Counted from the first letter of the stretch, positions 19,857-28,897 are shown. The stretch: 30,487 nucleotides of DNA from Acidimicrobiales bacterium (GCA_050744045.1 JBOGGK010000361.1:1-30487); one strand, 5' to 3'. Numbers and translations are program-made. The notes: a model not told the origin generated them from the sequence alone.

Positions 19857-22172
19857 TTGGGCTTTTCCCAAGGGCGGCTCCGGACGGCCGAGCCCGGTGG
19901 GCGGCCACGCCGGTGCCGCCTCCGGTCCCAGGGCTTGGGGCGTACCGGCCTCAGCGCCGGTTTGGCGGCGGCGGCTGCCCTGGCGGCTAGCGCCTTTGCC
20001 GCGAGCCCTCGGGCTGAGGCCGCTCTAGGGCCAGTGCCCACAGGGGGAGGGCGAGCTGAAGGGCAAGGCCAGCTGGGCGCCGGCCCCCCCGCCATCTCGA
20101 GGGGCCATGACCGCTTGCGGCTCCTGTCGCAGACGCCGTGGGTGGGCCCGGGCCCCAGCCGGTTCGAGCTCGATCTCGACGTGACGGCCAGTGACCCCAC
20201 CTCCGAGGGCCTGGCCGTGAGCGTGGATGGCCCCCTCACGTCGCGTTCGCAGTTCCAACTCGCGATGGCCGGGCACCCCCAGACCCAGCCCGTTTTCAAC
20301 CCCGCCCCGGTGCCGCTGCCCGCTCTGAGGCGAGGCGACCGGGGAGGGGCCGAGGTGGACATCCCCGTCAACACCCAGGGCGCCCAGCCGGCGGCGGATA
20401 CCTACTCGGAGGGGCTCTCGCTCAGCGGTACCGGCATCTACCCGGTGCAGGTCTACTTGGAAAAGGAGGGCGTGACGGTCGGCAAAGTGCTCACCACCTT
20501 CCTCGTTTTCGCCGGCCCGGTCGCCAGCCACCTCCAGCCTCTCAACGTCGGCTTGGTGGTGCCCTTCTCCGCCGGGGTACCGATCAACCTCGACGGTTCC
20601 TCCGGCTCGGTCCCTCCAGGTCGGGCGATGGCCTTGGGGGCGGACAGCGCCGCCGTGGCTCACTACGCGGCGCTGGCCCACGACCCGGTACGGGTGACGC
20701 TGGAGCCCGGGGTAGCGACGGTCCGGTCGTTGGCGGACGGCCCTCCCCAACAGCGCCGGGCGGTAGAAGCGATCAGCGCCGCCGTCGGCTCGGGCGACCA
20801 GTTGCTGCCGGCGACGGCGTACCCGGTCGACTTGCCCGCCCTCGTCGGGTCCGGCCTCACCAGCTGGGTGAGGGCCGAGGTGACCACCGGCGTGAGCGAG
20901 CTGCGGGGCCTACTGGGTGCGGCGCCGGCACCGGCCATGTGGGCCCTCCCAAGCGGGGTCGACCCGGCCACCGCCGCCGCACTTTCGGGCATGGGCGCAC
21001 GCCAGCTGGTCGTACCCGCCCAAGAGCTGTCGCCTCCCCCGCCGAGGTACCAGGAGCTGACCTTTGCCTGGCCGACCGAGCTCGACGCCGGCGGGTCGCA
21101 GTTGCGCGTGATCGGGGCTGACACCGAGCTGTCTTACCGGGTGAGCCAGAGGGGCAGGCTCGGGCAGAGCGCCTTGGCCGCCAACCAGGTGCTCGCCGAA
21201 CTAGCCATGGTCGACCTGGAGCAGCCGGCCAACACCCGTGGCGTTGTGCTGTTGCCCAGGGCGGGGACCGTGCTGGGCCCAACTTTCCTTTCGGTCCTTC
21301 TTGCCGGCCTGAGAGGCAACCCGTTGTTGCGCGCCACCACTCTGGCGGGCCAGTTCAAGGCTGTGCACCTGGCGTCTTCCAGCACCGGCAACCCCTTGGT
21401 GCGCTCATTGCAGGGCCCTACCCGGGCAGGGCCCATACGGGGCATATCCAGACTGGGGGAGGCTTCCAGCGCCGTCCTGGCCGCGGGGCGCGTCTTCCCG
21501 ACTTCGCCGACGGTCAGGTCCCTCGGGCAGCGGTTGTTCGTCAGCCTTTCGTCGGCGCTCGGCGCCTCCAGGCGGGGCGCAGTGGTCTCGGGGGTGCTCC
21601 GGGCGGCGGGTTCCGAGCTCAACGAAGTGAGGCTCCCTCCCCGGGCGTCCATAACCCTCACCTCCCGCCGGGCCCACCTCCCCCTGACTTTGCTGTCCAA
21701 GGCGGGCGTGCCAGCCCACGTGCGCCTGGTGCTCTCCAGCGAAAACCTGAGGTTCGTCGGCCAGCGCTTCCCCCAAGGCAGGTGCCACCCGCTCAGCCCG
21801 GGCTCGGACAGCTGCGAGCTGGAACTGACCAGCCGAAGTACGGCGCTGGCGATCGGCGTGATCACCGCTCCCGGCGTCTTCCCGCTTTCACTGGTGCTGG
21901 AAAGCCCGGGCGGCGATGTACGCCTCGGGGCCAGCACCGACACCGTCCGCTCCACTGCCGTCCCCTACGTGGGGCTTTTCGTGATGATCGGGGCAGCCCT
22001 TTTCCTGGCCGTGTGGTGGGCCCGCAACGCCCGCCACGGCCGCCGGGCCCGCCAGCTCGTACCCAGGCCTACGGACGACGACGCGGCTGGTCATGCGGGC
22101 ACTGGAGGCATGCCGGGCGGCCTCGAAGCCGGCGAGGCAGAGCCCGCTCCCTTGGGGCGGGCCGGGTGGTGA
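19857..22172 (+). CDS. Large exported, C-terminally anchored protein (DUF6049-like)
   Basis: Arg-rich n-region with Ala-rich signal peptide ending AEA, G.YPV.V.L, LAELAM...E.P, ITLTS....LP, and a C-terminal TM followed by an Arg cluster. Directly upstream of murJ. Start uncertain. Confidence 0.75.
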   Translation: MGFSQGRLRTAEPGGRPRRCRLRSQGLGRTGLSAGLAAAAALAASAFAASPRAEAALGPVPTGGGRAEGQGQLGAGPPAISRGHDRLRLLSQTPWVGPGPSRFELDLDVTASDPTSEGLAVSVDGPLTSRSQFQLAMAGHPQTQPVFNPAPVPLPALRRGDRGGAEVDIPVNTQGAQPAADTYSEGLSLSGTGIYPVQVYLEKEGVTVGKVLTTFLVFAGPVASHLQPLNVGLVVPFSAGVPINLDGSSGSVPPGRAMALGADSAAVAHYAALAHDPVRVTLEPGVATVRSLADGPPQQRRAVEAISAAVGSGDQLLPATAYPVDLPALVGSGLTSWVRAEVTTGVSELRGLLGAAPAPAMWALPSGVDPATAAALSGMGARQLVVPAQELSPPPPRYQELTFAWPTELDAGGSQLRVIGADTELSYRVSQRGRLGQSALAANQVLAELAMVDLEQPANTRGVVLLPRAGTVLGPTFLSVLLAGLRGNPLLRATTLAGQFKAVHLASSSTGNPLVRSLQGPTRAGPIRGISRLGEASSAVLAAGRVFPTSPTVRSLGQRLFVSLSSALGASRRGAVVSGVLRAAGSELNEVRLPPRASITLTSRRAHLPLTLLSKAGVPAHVRLVLSSENLRFVGQRFPQGRCHPLSPGSDSCELELTSRSTALAIGVITAPGVFPLSLVLESPGGDVRLGASTDTVRSTAVPYVGLFVMIGAALFLAVWWARNARHGRRARQLVPRPTDDDAAGHAGTGGMPGGLEAGEAEPAPLGRAGW

Positions 22173-24106
22173 GCGCTGCAGGGGGTACCCCCGGGCGTCC
22201 CGGGGCACGGGCGGCAGGGCCACCCGACGAGGGCCCGGCCCGGGACGCACAGCCCGTGGGAGGGCCGAAGGTTGCTGCCACCGGGCCGCTTTCGGCACTG
22301 CCCGTCCCTCCCGGGGACGGGTGCCCGGGGCAGCGCCCGCCCGCCCCGCCCCGAGCGCCCCTGGCGCCACTGCCACCGCCCTCGCCTGGCCCGGGCGCGG
22401 CGCCTGGAGCCAACGGCCGGGTCCGGGCAGCAGCAGCCCTGACCGTGCTGCCTGCCCGGGGCGCGCCGGCCACGGGCACCTTCGGCTGGGGCGCAGACGA
22501 AGCCTCGGGCCGCGCCCGCACCGCGCCCGCACCAGCTTCGTCCGCCCGCAATGCCACGGTCATGGCGGCCGGCACCGTGCTGTCGCGGGTCAGCGGCTTC
22601 GCCCGTTTCCTGGCCATCGGCTGGGTGTTCGGCCAGACCCGCCTGGCTGACGCCTACAACCAGGCGAACACGATCCCGAACACCATCTACGAACTGTTGT
22701 TGGGCGGCGTCTTGTCGGCGACGCTCCTACCCGTGCTCATGCGGTCGCTCGCTCGCACCAACGCGGCTGAGGACGATGACGCCGTGCCCGCCGTGCTGAG
22801 CTTCATCACCGTCGTCTTGGTGGCCGGCACGGCCGTCTTTTGGTTGGCGGCGCCGGCATTGGTCCATTTGTACCTCTTGCTCGCCCCGGGCCACCGGGGA
22901 GCGGCCGAACGGGCCTTGGCCACTACCTGGCTGCGGTTGTTCACGCCCCAGCTGCTGTTCATTGGCCTGATAGCCGTAATCACGGCTCTTTTGAACGCGC
23001 GGAGACGTTTCGGCGCCGTTGCCTTCAGCCCGGTCCTCGCCAATGTGGTGACGATAGTGGCGCTCGTGGCGGCCGACAGGCTCGTCCCGCACGGGAGCGT
23101 CGGCGCCTACCGCCGAGACGCGGCCGCCGTAGCCGTGGTCGGGATCGGCACCACGGCAGGCTACCTCGCGCAACTTCTGGCCCAATTGCCCGCCCTGCGG
23201 CGCGCTTCGGTACCCTTGCGGCTCCGTTGGGATCCCAAGCACCCGGCTTTGCGCACCATCGGGCGCCTGTCGGGGTGGACGGTCGGCGCCGTCGTGGCGA
23301 ACCAGTTGTCGTTTTGGACCGTCTCGTTGTTGGCGAACCAGAGACCGGGCAACTTTTCCGCCTTCAGCTATGCGTACGCTTTCATGTTGCTGCCTTATGC
23401 CGTGGCCGGGGTCTCCATAGCCTACGCTGTGGCGCCGGATCTGGCGCAGCTCTGGTCGAGGGGGGACGGAGCGCGATTTGCGGAACGGGTCAACCGGGCC
23501 CTGCGGATGACGGCGTTCTTGATGCTCCCTGCCGGCGTGGGCTATGCCTTGGTGGCGCGCCCCGGCGTCGTCCTCGTCCTCGCGCACGGCCACGAGGGCG
23601 TCTCTTCGGCCGCCCTCACCGGTTCGGTGCTCGTGCTCTTCGCGCTCGGCCTGCCGGGGTACAGCATTTATTTGCTATTGATGAGGGCCTTCCAGTCGAA
23701 GCAGGACACTCGTTCCATGTTCTGGTTGTACGTGCTGGAGAACTCGGTCACTGTGGCCGCCGCGGTAGCCCTCTACCCAGTGCTCGGCGTGCGAGGCCTC
23801 GCGCTGGCATGGATCGGTGCTTACACAGCGGCACTGCCGTTGGCCTGGCGCAAGCTGAAAGCGAGCGCGCCGGTGAGGACGGCTATCAACTGGTGGGCGA
23901 AGTTGGCGGTGGCCACCGTGGCGATGGGCGTACTCGTGGCGGCCGTCCTCCAACTGCTGCCGGGGCCCGGCTCGCTGGAATGGAGGGCGGGGAGGATCCT
24001 CGCCGCCGTCGTTGTCGGGGCATTGACGTTCGTATTGACGGCGCGAGCTCTCGGGATCGAGGAGGCCGATTGCATAACGAACCCGAGGCAGCTTTTCGCT
24101 CGTTGA
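22169..24106 (+). CDS. murJ: Lipid II flippase MurJ/MviN with Pro-rich N-terminal extension
   Basis: MAAGT.LSR.SGF.R, DAYN.ANTIPN.IYELL.GG.LSA.L.P, F.PQ..F.G, LNA.RRF, P.L.N and RAF...QDTR. The GTG overlaps the upstream stop (GTGA). Confidence 0.92.
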   Translation: MSAAGGTPGRPGARAAGPPDEGPARDAQPVGGPKVAATGPLSALPVPPGDGCPGQRPPAPPRAPLAPLPPPSPGPGAAPGANGRVRAAAALTVLPARGAPATGTFGWGADEASGRARTAPAPASSARNATVMAAGTVLSRVSGFARFLAIGWVFGQTRLADAYNQANTIPNTIYELLLGGVLSATLLPVLMRSLARTNAAEDDDAVPAVLSFITVVLVAGTAVFWLAAPALVHLYLLLAPGHRGAAERALATTWLRLFTPQLLFIGLIAVITALLNARRRFGAVAFSPVLANVVTIVALVAADRLVPHGSVGAYRRDAAAVAVVGIGTTAGYLAQLLAQLPALRRASVPLRLRWDPKHPALRTIGRLSGWTVGAVVANQLSFWTVSLLANQRPGNFSAFSYAYAFMLLPYAVAGVSIAYAVAPDLAQLWSRGDGARFAERVNRALRMTAFLMLPAGVGYALVARPGVVLVLAHGHEGVSSAALTGSVLVLFALGLPGYSIYLLLMRAFQSKQDTRSMFWLYVLENSVTVAAAVALYPVLGVRGLALAWIGAYTAALPLAWRKLKASAPVRTAINWWAKLAVATVAMGVLVAAVLQLLPGPGSLEWRAGRILAAVVVGALTFVLTARALGIEEADCITNPRQLFAR

Positions 24107-24176
24107 AAGTGTTGTTTATCGGCCGGGGGTGTGAGCGACCGGCTTGCCGCCCGCCCTCGGCTAGGATCGTCCCGCG

Positions 24177-25019
24177 TTGACCGTACGGATCGTTTGTGAC
24201 ACTGCCTGCGACCTCCCGCAAGCATTAGCGGACCAGCTCGGCATCTTGTTGGTCCCGCTGCACGTGCGCTTCGGCGGCACCGAGATGGTCGACAGAGAGG
24301 AACTAAGCACCAAAGAGTTCTGGGCACGCTGCGCCCAGGCCGAGGAGCTCCCGGAGACGTCGGCGCCGGCGCCCGGGTCGTTCCAGCGGGCGTTCGAAAC
24401 CGCCTCGGCGGCCGGCGCGGAGGGCATCGTCTGCGTGAGCTTGTCCTCGAGGTTGTCGGCGACCAACGAGGCCGCCGCTCAAGCGGTGCGGGCCTTCGTC
24501 GGCCCTCCGGTGGCGGTCGTTGATTCCCTCAGCGCCACCTTGGGCGAGGGCTTGGTCGCGTTGGCGGCGGCGGAGGCAGCCGCCGAAGGGGCCGGGATGG
24601 CGGAGGTGGTCTCGCGCGCGGAAGCGGCACGCGACCGCCTGTTCGTGTTCGGTGCCATCGACACGCTCGACAACCTGCGCAAGGGCGGCCGCATAGGCGG
24701 TGCTGCCGCTGCCCTGGGCGCCCTGCTTTCCATCAAACCAGTAATAGAAGTGCGCAACGGCGTGGTGGAGCAAGAGTCCAAGCAGCGCACGCGCGCCAGG
24801 TCGCGACGTTACCTCGCCGACAAGGTGCTTGGCGCAGGTCCCCTCGAACGCCTTGCCGTCATGGGCGCGGACGCCCCCGATTTTGACCACTTCGTCGCAT
24901 CGTTGGGCGATGCCCGCCCTGCCCACCCGCTGCTCGTCGGTGAAATCGGGCCGGTAATAGGCACGCACGCCGGCCCCGGCGCGCTGGGCGTCGCCTGGGT
25001 GGCCGCCTCTCGGAACTGA
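24177..25019 (+). CDS. DegV/FakB family fatty acid-binding protein
   Basis: I..DT.CDLP, P.TS.P..G, LSS.LS.T, VVDS, L.NL.KGGRIG, LL.IKP and IG.H.GPG. Confidence 0.93.
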   Translation: MTVRIVCDTACDLPQALADQLGILLVPLHVRFGGTEMVDREELSTKEFWARCAQAEELPETSAPAPGSFQRAFETASAAGAEGIVCVSLSSRLSATNEAAAQAVRAFVGPPVAVVDSLSATLGEGLVALAAAEAAAEGAGMAEVVSRAEAARDRLFVFGAIDTLDNLRKGGRIGGAAAALGALLSIKPVIEVRNGVVEQESKQRTRARSRRYLADKVLGAGPLERLAVMGADAPDFDHFVASLGDARPAHPLLVGEIGPVIGTHAGPGALGVAWVAASRN

Positions 25020-25089
25020 GCCGCGGTGCAAGGCGGCTCGGCGCTGTGGTGAAGCCCGCAAGAGCACCAAGGCGGTAGCCTTGAGGGTC

Positions 25090-26871
25090 GTGGCTGGCCT
25101 TGCACCCGAAGTGCCACGGGCCCTGGCTGGGCGGTACCGGCTCGTACGCCTCTTGGCCAGAGGGGGGATGGCGGAGGTTTGGGAAGGCCGCGATCGCGTC
25201 CTCAACCGCCCGGTCGCAGTGAAGATGTTGCTGCCCCATCTCGCCGCCGACCCCTATTTGCGGGAACGCTTCAAGCGGGAGGCCGTGACCGCCGCCCGGC
25301 TCGTCCACCCCGGGATCGTGGCGATATTCGACGCCGGGGTCGAAGTAGTCGGGGAACCGGGCGCTTCGTTGTCGGGAGGTTGGCCGGGGGACGAGCCCCC
25401 CGGGCTGGGAGCGGAGTGGGTGGGGCAGGCGGCAACGACGTTCATCGTGATGGAGCTGGTCCCCGGGGAGACGCTCCGGGACCTGCTCCGGCGGGAGCGG
25501 GTGCTGACGCCCGAGCTGGCGCTCGCCATCGCTTGTCAGGTGGTTGAAGCGCTCGCCCACGCCCATACCCACGGGCTCGTGCACCGCGATGTCAAACCCG
25601 CCAACGTGCTGCTCCGCGACGAAGGCGCTGAGATGTTCCGGGTGAAAGTGGCAGACTTCGGCATCGCCAAGGCGGCCGCCGAGGCCGGGGACCTCACCGC
25701 CAGCGGGACGCTGCTGGGGACGCCGAAGTACATCTCGCCGGAGCAGGTCCAAGGGCACGAGCCCGACGCCCGCGCCGACCTCTACTCTGTCGGCGTCGTC
25801 CTGTTCGAGATGCTGGCTGGCCGGCCCCCCTTCCAGGAGAACAGCGACATGGCCACCGCTCTGGCTCACGTCCAGCAGGTCCCACCCAGCTTGGACGAGG
25901 CCCAGCCCGGGCTGCCGCCGGGCCTCGGTGACCTGGTGGGCCGGTTGCTAGAGAAGGACCCGGCGGCCCGCTTCCAGTCCGCGAACGAGCTCGGGGCGGC
26001 GCTCGCCTCGGTCCGCAAGCGCATGGGCGCTCCCGGGCCGGCCGGCCCCGCCCCATATGCCCAAGGCCTCGCCGAGAGCGCCCTCGGCCAGCCGTTGGCC
26101 GAGCCTGGCGGCTCGGCGGCGGGCCCAGGTGGCGACGGCCCCGGTCACCGCCCGAGCCCTCCCGCCGAGGCCGGCCGCCTGCCGGGCAGGGGTAGAGAAG
26201 GTCCTGGGAAAGAGCGGGGGAGGACGCTTTCGCTCCCGCCGGGCGAGGGCCCCGTTCCCTCCGAGGCCCGCCCCCACCGGCGTCGGCGCAGGCCCGGGCG
26301 CTCGGCAAGCGCGCTGGTAGGGACCCTGGTGGTGATCGGTGCCGTCGTCGCCTTCACGCTGATCCGCAGCCCCTCGCCAAGACGCCCGGCTGGTGGGCAG
26401 GCGGGCCACAAGGCCCTTACGACCCTGCCTCCGCCGAACACGTACCACCCCATCAGGATCTTGTCCGTGCACGAGCTGGCCCAGGGGGGCAACCACCCCG
26501 ACGACAACCTCGGGGAGCTGAAGAACCTGACCAGCAACGACCCCGCCACCTTCTGGGAGAGCGCAATTTACCAAGGGCCTCGCTTCGGGGGCTGGGGCGG
26601 GTTCGGGCTGGTCCTCCACGTGGCGAGCGACGGGGCCCTGCACGAGCTCGTCGTCAAGACCCCGATGCAGGACTGGAGCGCCGAGACCTTCGTCGGCGGC
26701 TCTTTCACCCGGACGTTGCAGGCATGGGGGCGGCCGACGGACCAGAACTCATCGCTCTACGGGGACGCGACGTTTTCCCTTGGTGGCAAGAGCGGCGGCT
26801 GGGTGTTGTTCTGGATGTTGAACCCGGGGCCGGGCTACCAAGCGGTGGTCGACAAGCTCTCTGTACGCTAA
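25090..26871 (+). CDS. Hanks-type Ser/Thr protein kinase with one TM and an extracellular beta-rich domain
   Basis: LARGGMAEVW, VAVK, RF.RE, HRDVKPANVLL, DFGIAK, GTPKYISPEQ, DLYSVG and P..R. TM at ~26311-26364. Start is GTG 25090 or TTG 25081. Confidence 0.93.
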   Translation: MAGLAPEVPRALAGRYRLVRLLARGGMAEVWEGRDRVLNRPVAVKMLLPHLAADPYLRERFKREAVTAARLVHPGIVAIFDAGVEVVGEPGASLSGGWPGDEPPGLGAEWVGQAATTFIVMELVPGETLRDLLRRERVLTPELALAIACQVVEALAHAHTHGLVHRDVKPANVLLRDEGAEMFRVKVADFGIAKAAAEAGDLTASGTLLGTPKYISPEQVQGHEPDARADLYSVGVVLFEMLAGRPPFQENSDMATALAHVQQVPPSLDEAQPGLPPGLGDLVGRLLEKDPAARFQSANELGAALASVRKRMGAPGPAGPAPYAQGLAESALGQPLAEPGGSAAGPGGDGPGHRPSPPAEAGRLPGRGREGPGKERGRTLSLPPGEGPVPSEARPHRRRRRPGRSASALVGTLVVIGAVVAFTLIRSPSPRRPAGGQAGHKALTTLPPPNTYHPIRILSVHELAQGGNHPDDNLGELKNLTSNDPATFWESAIYQGPRFGGWGGFGLVLHVASDGALHELVVKTPMQDWSAETFVGGSFTRTLQAWGRPTDQNSSLYGDATFSLGGKSGGWVLFWMLNPGPGYQAVVDKLSVR

Positions 26872-26922
26872 CGCCGGGATGGCCACGTGCCAGTAGGCGA
26901 GGCACGGACTAATGTGCCGGGC

Positions 26923-27321
26923 ATGCCCGACAACGAAGGGGCGCCCCCCGCCGTCGAACGCGACGGCAGTGTTGGCGTCGTCCCTGGCCCGGCACCGGTC
27001 CGGCCTCCCACCGGCACCCAGGCGCAAGGGTTGGCGAGCGAGCTGAGCGAGCGGGTGGTCCAGGGCGTCGGGTGGCTCAGGTCGCGCACCACGGTGCCCG
27101 CGCTCACCGTCATGCGGGCGGTTGTCTACGGCCTGATCGTGATAGCAGGGGCGATCGGCGCACTGGTGTTCGGCGTCCTCGGGGTCGTCCGCATCTGGGA
27201 CGCCTACGTCCCGCTCGGCGCCTTGGGACGGCGGGTTTGGCTCGGGTACGTAATAATTGGCGGCGCCTTGTTCCTGGCTGGAGGGGCGCTGCTCAGCTGG
27301 CGCAGGTCCGGGAAAGCTTAG
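26923..27321 (+). CDS. Hypothetical membrane protein (2 TM)
   Basis: Two hydrophobic segments and a basic tail. -10 TAATGT (26910-26915) sits 7 nt before the in-frame ATG 26923. Confidence 0.75.
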   Translation: MPDNEGAPPAVERDGSVGVVPGPAPVRPPTGTQAQGLASELSERVVQGVGWLRSRTTVPALTVMRAVVYGLIVIAGAIGALVFGVLGVVRIWDAYVPLGALGRRVWLGYVIIGGALFLAGGALLSWRRSGKA

Positions 27322-27399
27322 CGGCCCCGCCCCGGGGTGAGCGGGGCCCGCTGGTAGGACCTCCGAATGCGCCTTTTGGTGTTGCGGGCTCGGCCTTTT

Positions 27400-27425
27400 G
27401 GAATAGGTAGGCGGCCGTTGCCGTT
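27400..27425 (+). promoter_or_regulatory. SigR/SigH-type ECF promoter for trxB
   Basis: GGAAT (27400-27404)-N18-GTT (27423-27425), the Streptomyces SigR consensus. Confidence 0.8.
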
Positions 27426-27448
27426 GGCCCGCACGGAGGTAGCTGGAA

Positions 27449-28447
27449 ATGGGACTTGGGACTAGAGACGTTGCGGTGATCGGGTCGGGGCCGGCGGGCC
27501 TGACCGCGGGGTTGTACGCGGCCCGGGCCAACCTGGCGCCGGTGGTGCTCGAGGGTGAGCCTTCGTCGACCGAGGACCAACCCGGAGGCCAGTTGATGTT
27601 GACCACCGAGGTGGAGAACTTTCCCGGCTTTCCCGACGGGGTGCTCGGCCCGGTCCTCATGGGCCAATTGCGGGCGCAGGCCGAACGCTTCGGGGCAGTG
27701 CTGGTCGCGGCCAAGGCAACCAGGGTCGCGCTCGAGGCCGGTGGCCCCCACGTGGTTTGGTACCTCGACCCCTCCAGCGGCGAAGAGCGCCAGGTGCGAG
27801 CAGAGGCACTGGTCGTAGCCACTGGTGCCCGGGCGCTCATGCTCGGGCTCCCCAACGAGCGCGAGCTCTTGGGCCATGGGGTGTCGACGTGCGCCACCTG
27901 CGACGGCTTTTTCTTCCGGGGCCAGCACATAGCCGTCGTCGGGGGAGGTGACTCCGCTATCGAAGAAGCCACCTTCCTCACCAAGTTCGCCGAGTCCGTG
28001 ACCATCGTCCACCGTCGCAGCGAGTTGAGGGCGTCGAAGATAATGCAGGACCGCGCCTTTGCCAACCCGAAGATCCGCTTCGCTTGGGACAGCGTTGTGA
28101 CAGGGGTGCTGGGCGGGGCGAGGTTGGAGGGCATCGAGATCAGGAACTTGGCCACCGCCAGCCAGCAGCGCCTGGCAGTCACCGGCCTCTTCGTCGCCAT
28201 CGGCCACAGGCCCAATACCGACATCTTGAAAGGCCATGTCGAGCTGAGCCCCGATGGCTATGTGATCACCCGGGGCGGCACGACGGCGACGAGCGTCGAC
28301 GGGGTCTTTGCCGCCGGTGACCTGGCCGACCGCCGGTACCGCCAGGCTGTCACCGCGGCTGGCAGCGGTTGCATGGCCGCGATCGACGCCGAGCGCTGGC
28401 TCGAAGCGCGTGCCGCGGTGAGCGCCCGAGGCGTGGCGACGAGCTGA
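27449..28447 (+). CDS. trxB: Thioredoxin reductase
   Basis: IGSGPAG, GGQL..TT.VENFPGF, CATCDG, VVGGGDSA.EEA, HRR and GVFAAGD. SD GGAGG. Confidence 0.97.
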   Translation: MGLGTRDVAVIGSGPAGLTAGLYAARANLAPVVLEGEPSSTEDQPGGQLMLTTEVENFPGFPDGVLGPVLMGQLRAQAERFGAVLVAAKATRVALEAGGPHVVWYLDPSSGEERQVRAEALVVATGARALMLGLPNERELLGHGVSTCATCDGFFFRGQHIAVVGGGDSAIEEATFLTKFAESVTIVHRRSELRASKIMQDRAFANPKIRFAWDSVVTGVLGGARLEGIEIRNLATASQQRLAVTGLFVAIGHRPNTDILKGHVELSPDGYVITRGGTTATSVDGVFAAGDLADRRYRQAVTAAGSGCMAAIDAERWLEARAAVSARGVATS

Positions 28448-28482
28448 CCCGCCGACAGCCGGCGCCGCGCCGGCCAAGATGG

Positions 28483-28508
28483 GGAATGCCGTCGCCGGCC
28501 GTACCGTT
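28483..28508 (+). promoter_or_regulatory. SigR/SigH-type ECF promoter for trxA
   Basis: GGAAT (28483-28487)-N18-GTT (28506-28508). Confidence 0.75.
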
Positions 28509-28567
28509 GGCACTAGTAGGACTGCAAGGCTGCCGGCCAGTGGCCGACGGCGGAAAGGCAAACTGGG

Positions 28568-28897
28568 ATGCCACAGCTAACTGCTTCGCTTACTGACGCC
28601 ACCTTCGACGAGGAAGTCGGTGCCGCTCCCGAACCCGTGCTCGTGGACTTCTGGGCCGAGTGGTGCGGGCCGTGCAAACAGATCGAGCCCGTCCTGGAGG
28701 AGATCGCCAGCGAGAACGAGGGCCGGCTGCGCGTCGCCAAGGTCAACGTCGACGACAACTTGGAGATAGTCAGGCGTTTCGAGGTGATGAGCATCCCGAC
28801 GCTCATATTGTTCAAGGACGGTACCCCCCAGCTCCGGCTGGTAGGCGCCAAGGGCAAGGCGCAGCTCCTGCAGGAGATCAACCGGCACCTCTCTTGA
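28568..28897 (+). CDS. trxA: Thioredoxin
   Basis: VDFWAEWCGPCK and V.SIPTL..FKDG. Confidence 0.97.
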   Translation: MPQLTASLTDATFDEEVGAAPEPVLVDFWAEWCGPCKQIEPVLEEIASENEGRLRVAKVNVDDNLEIVRRFEVMSIPTLILFKDGTPQLRLVGAKGKAQLLQEINRHLS

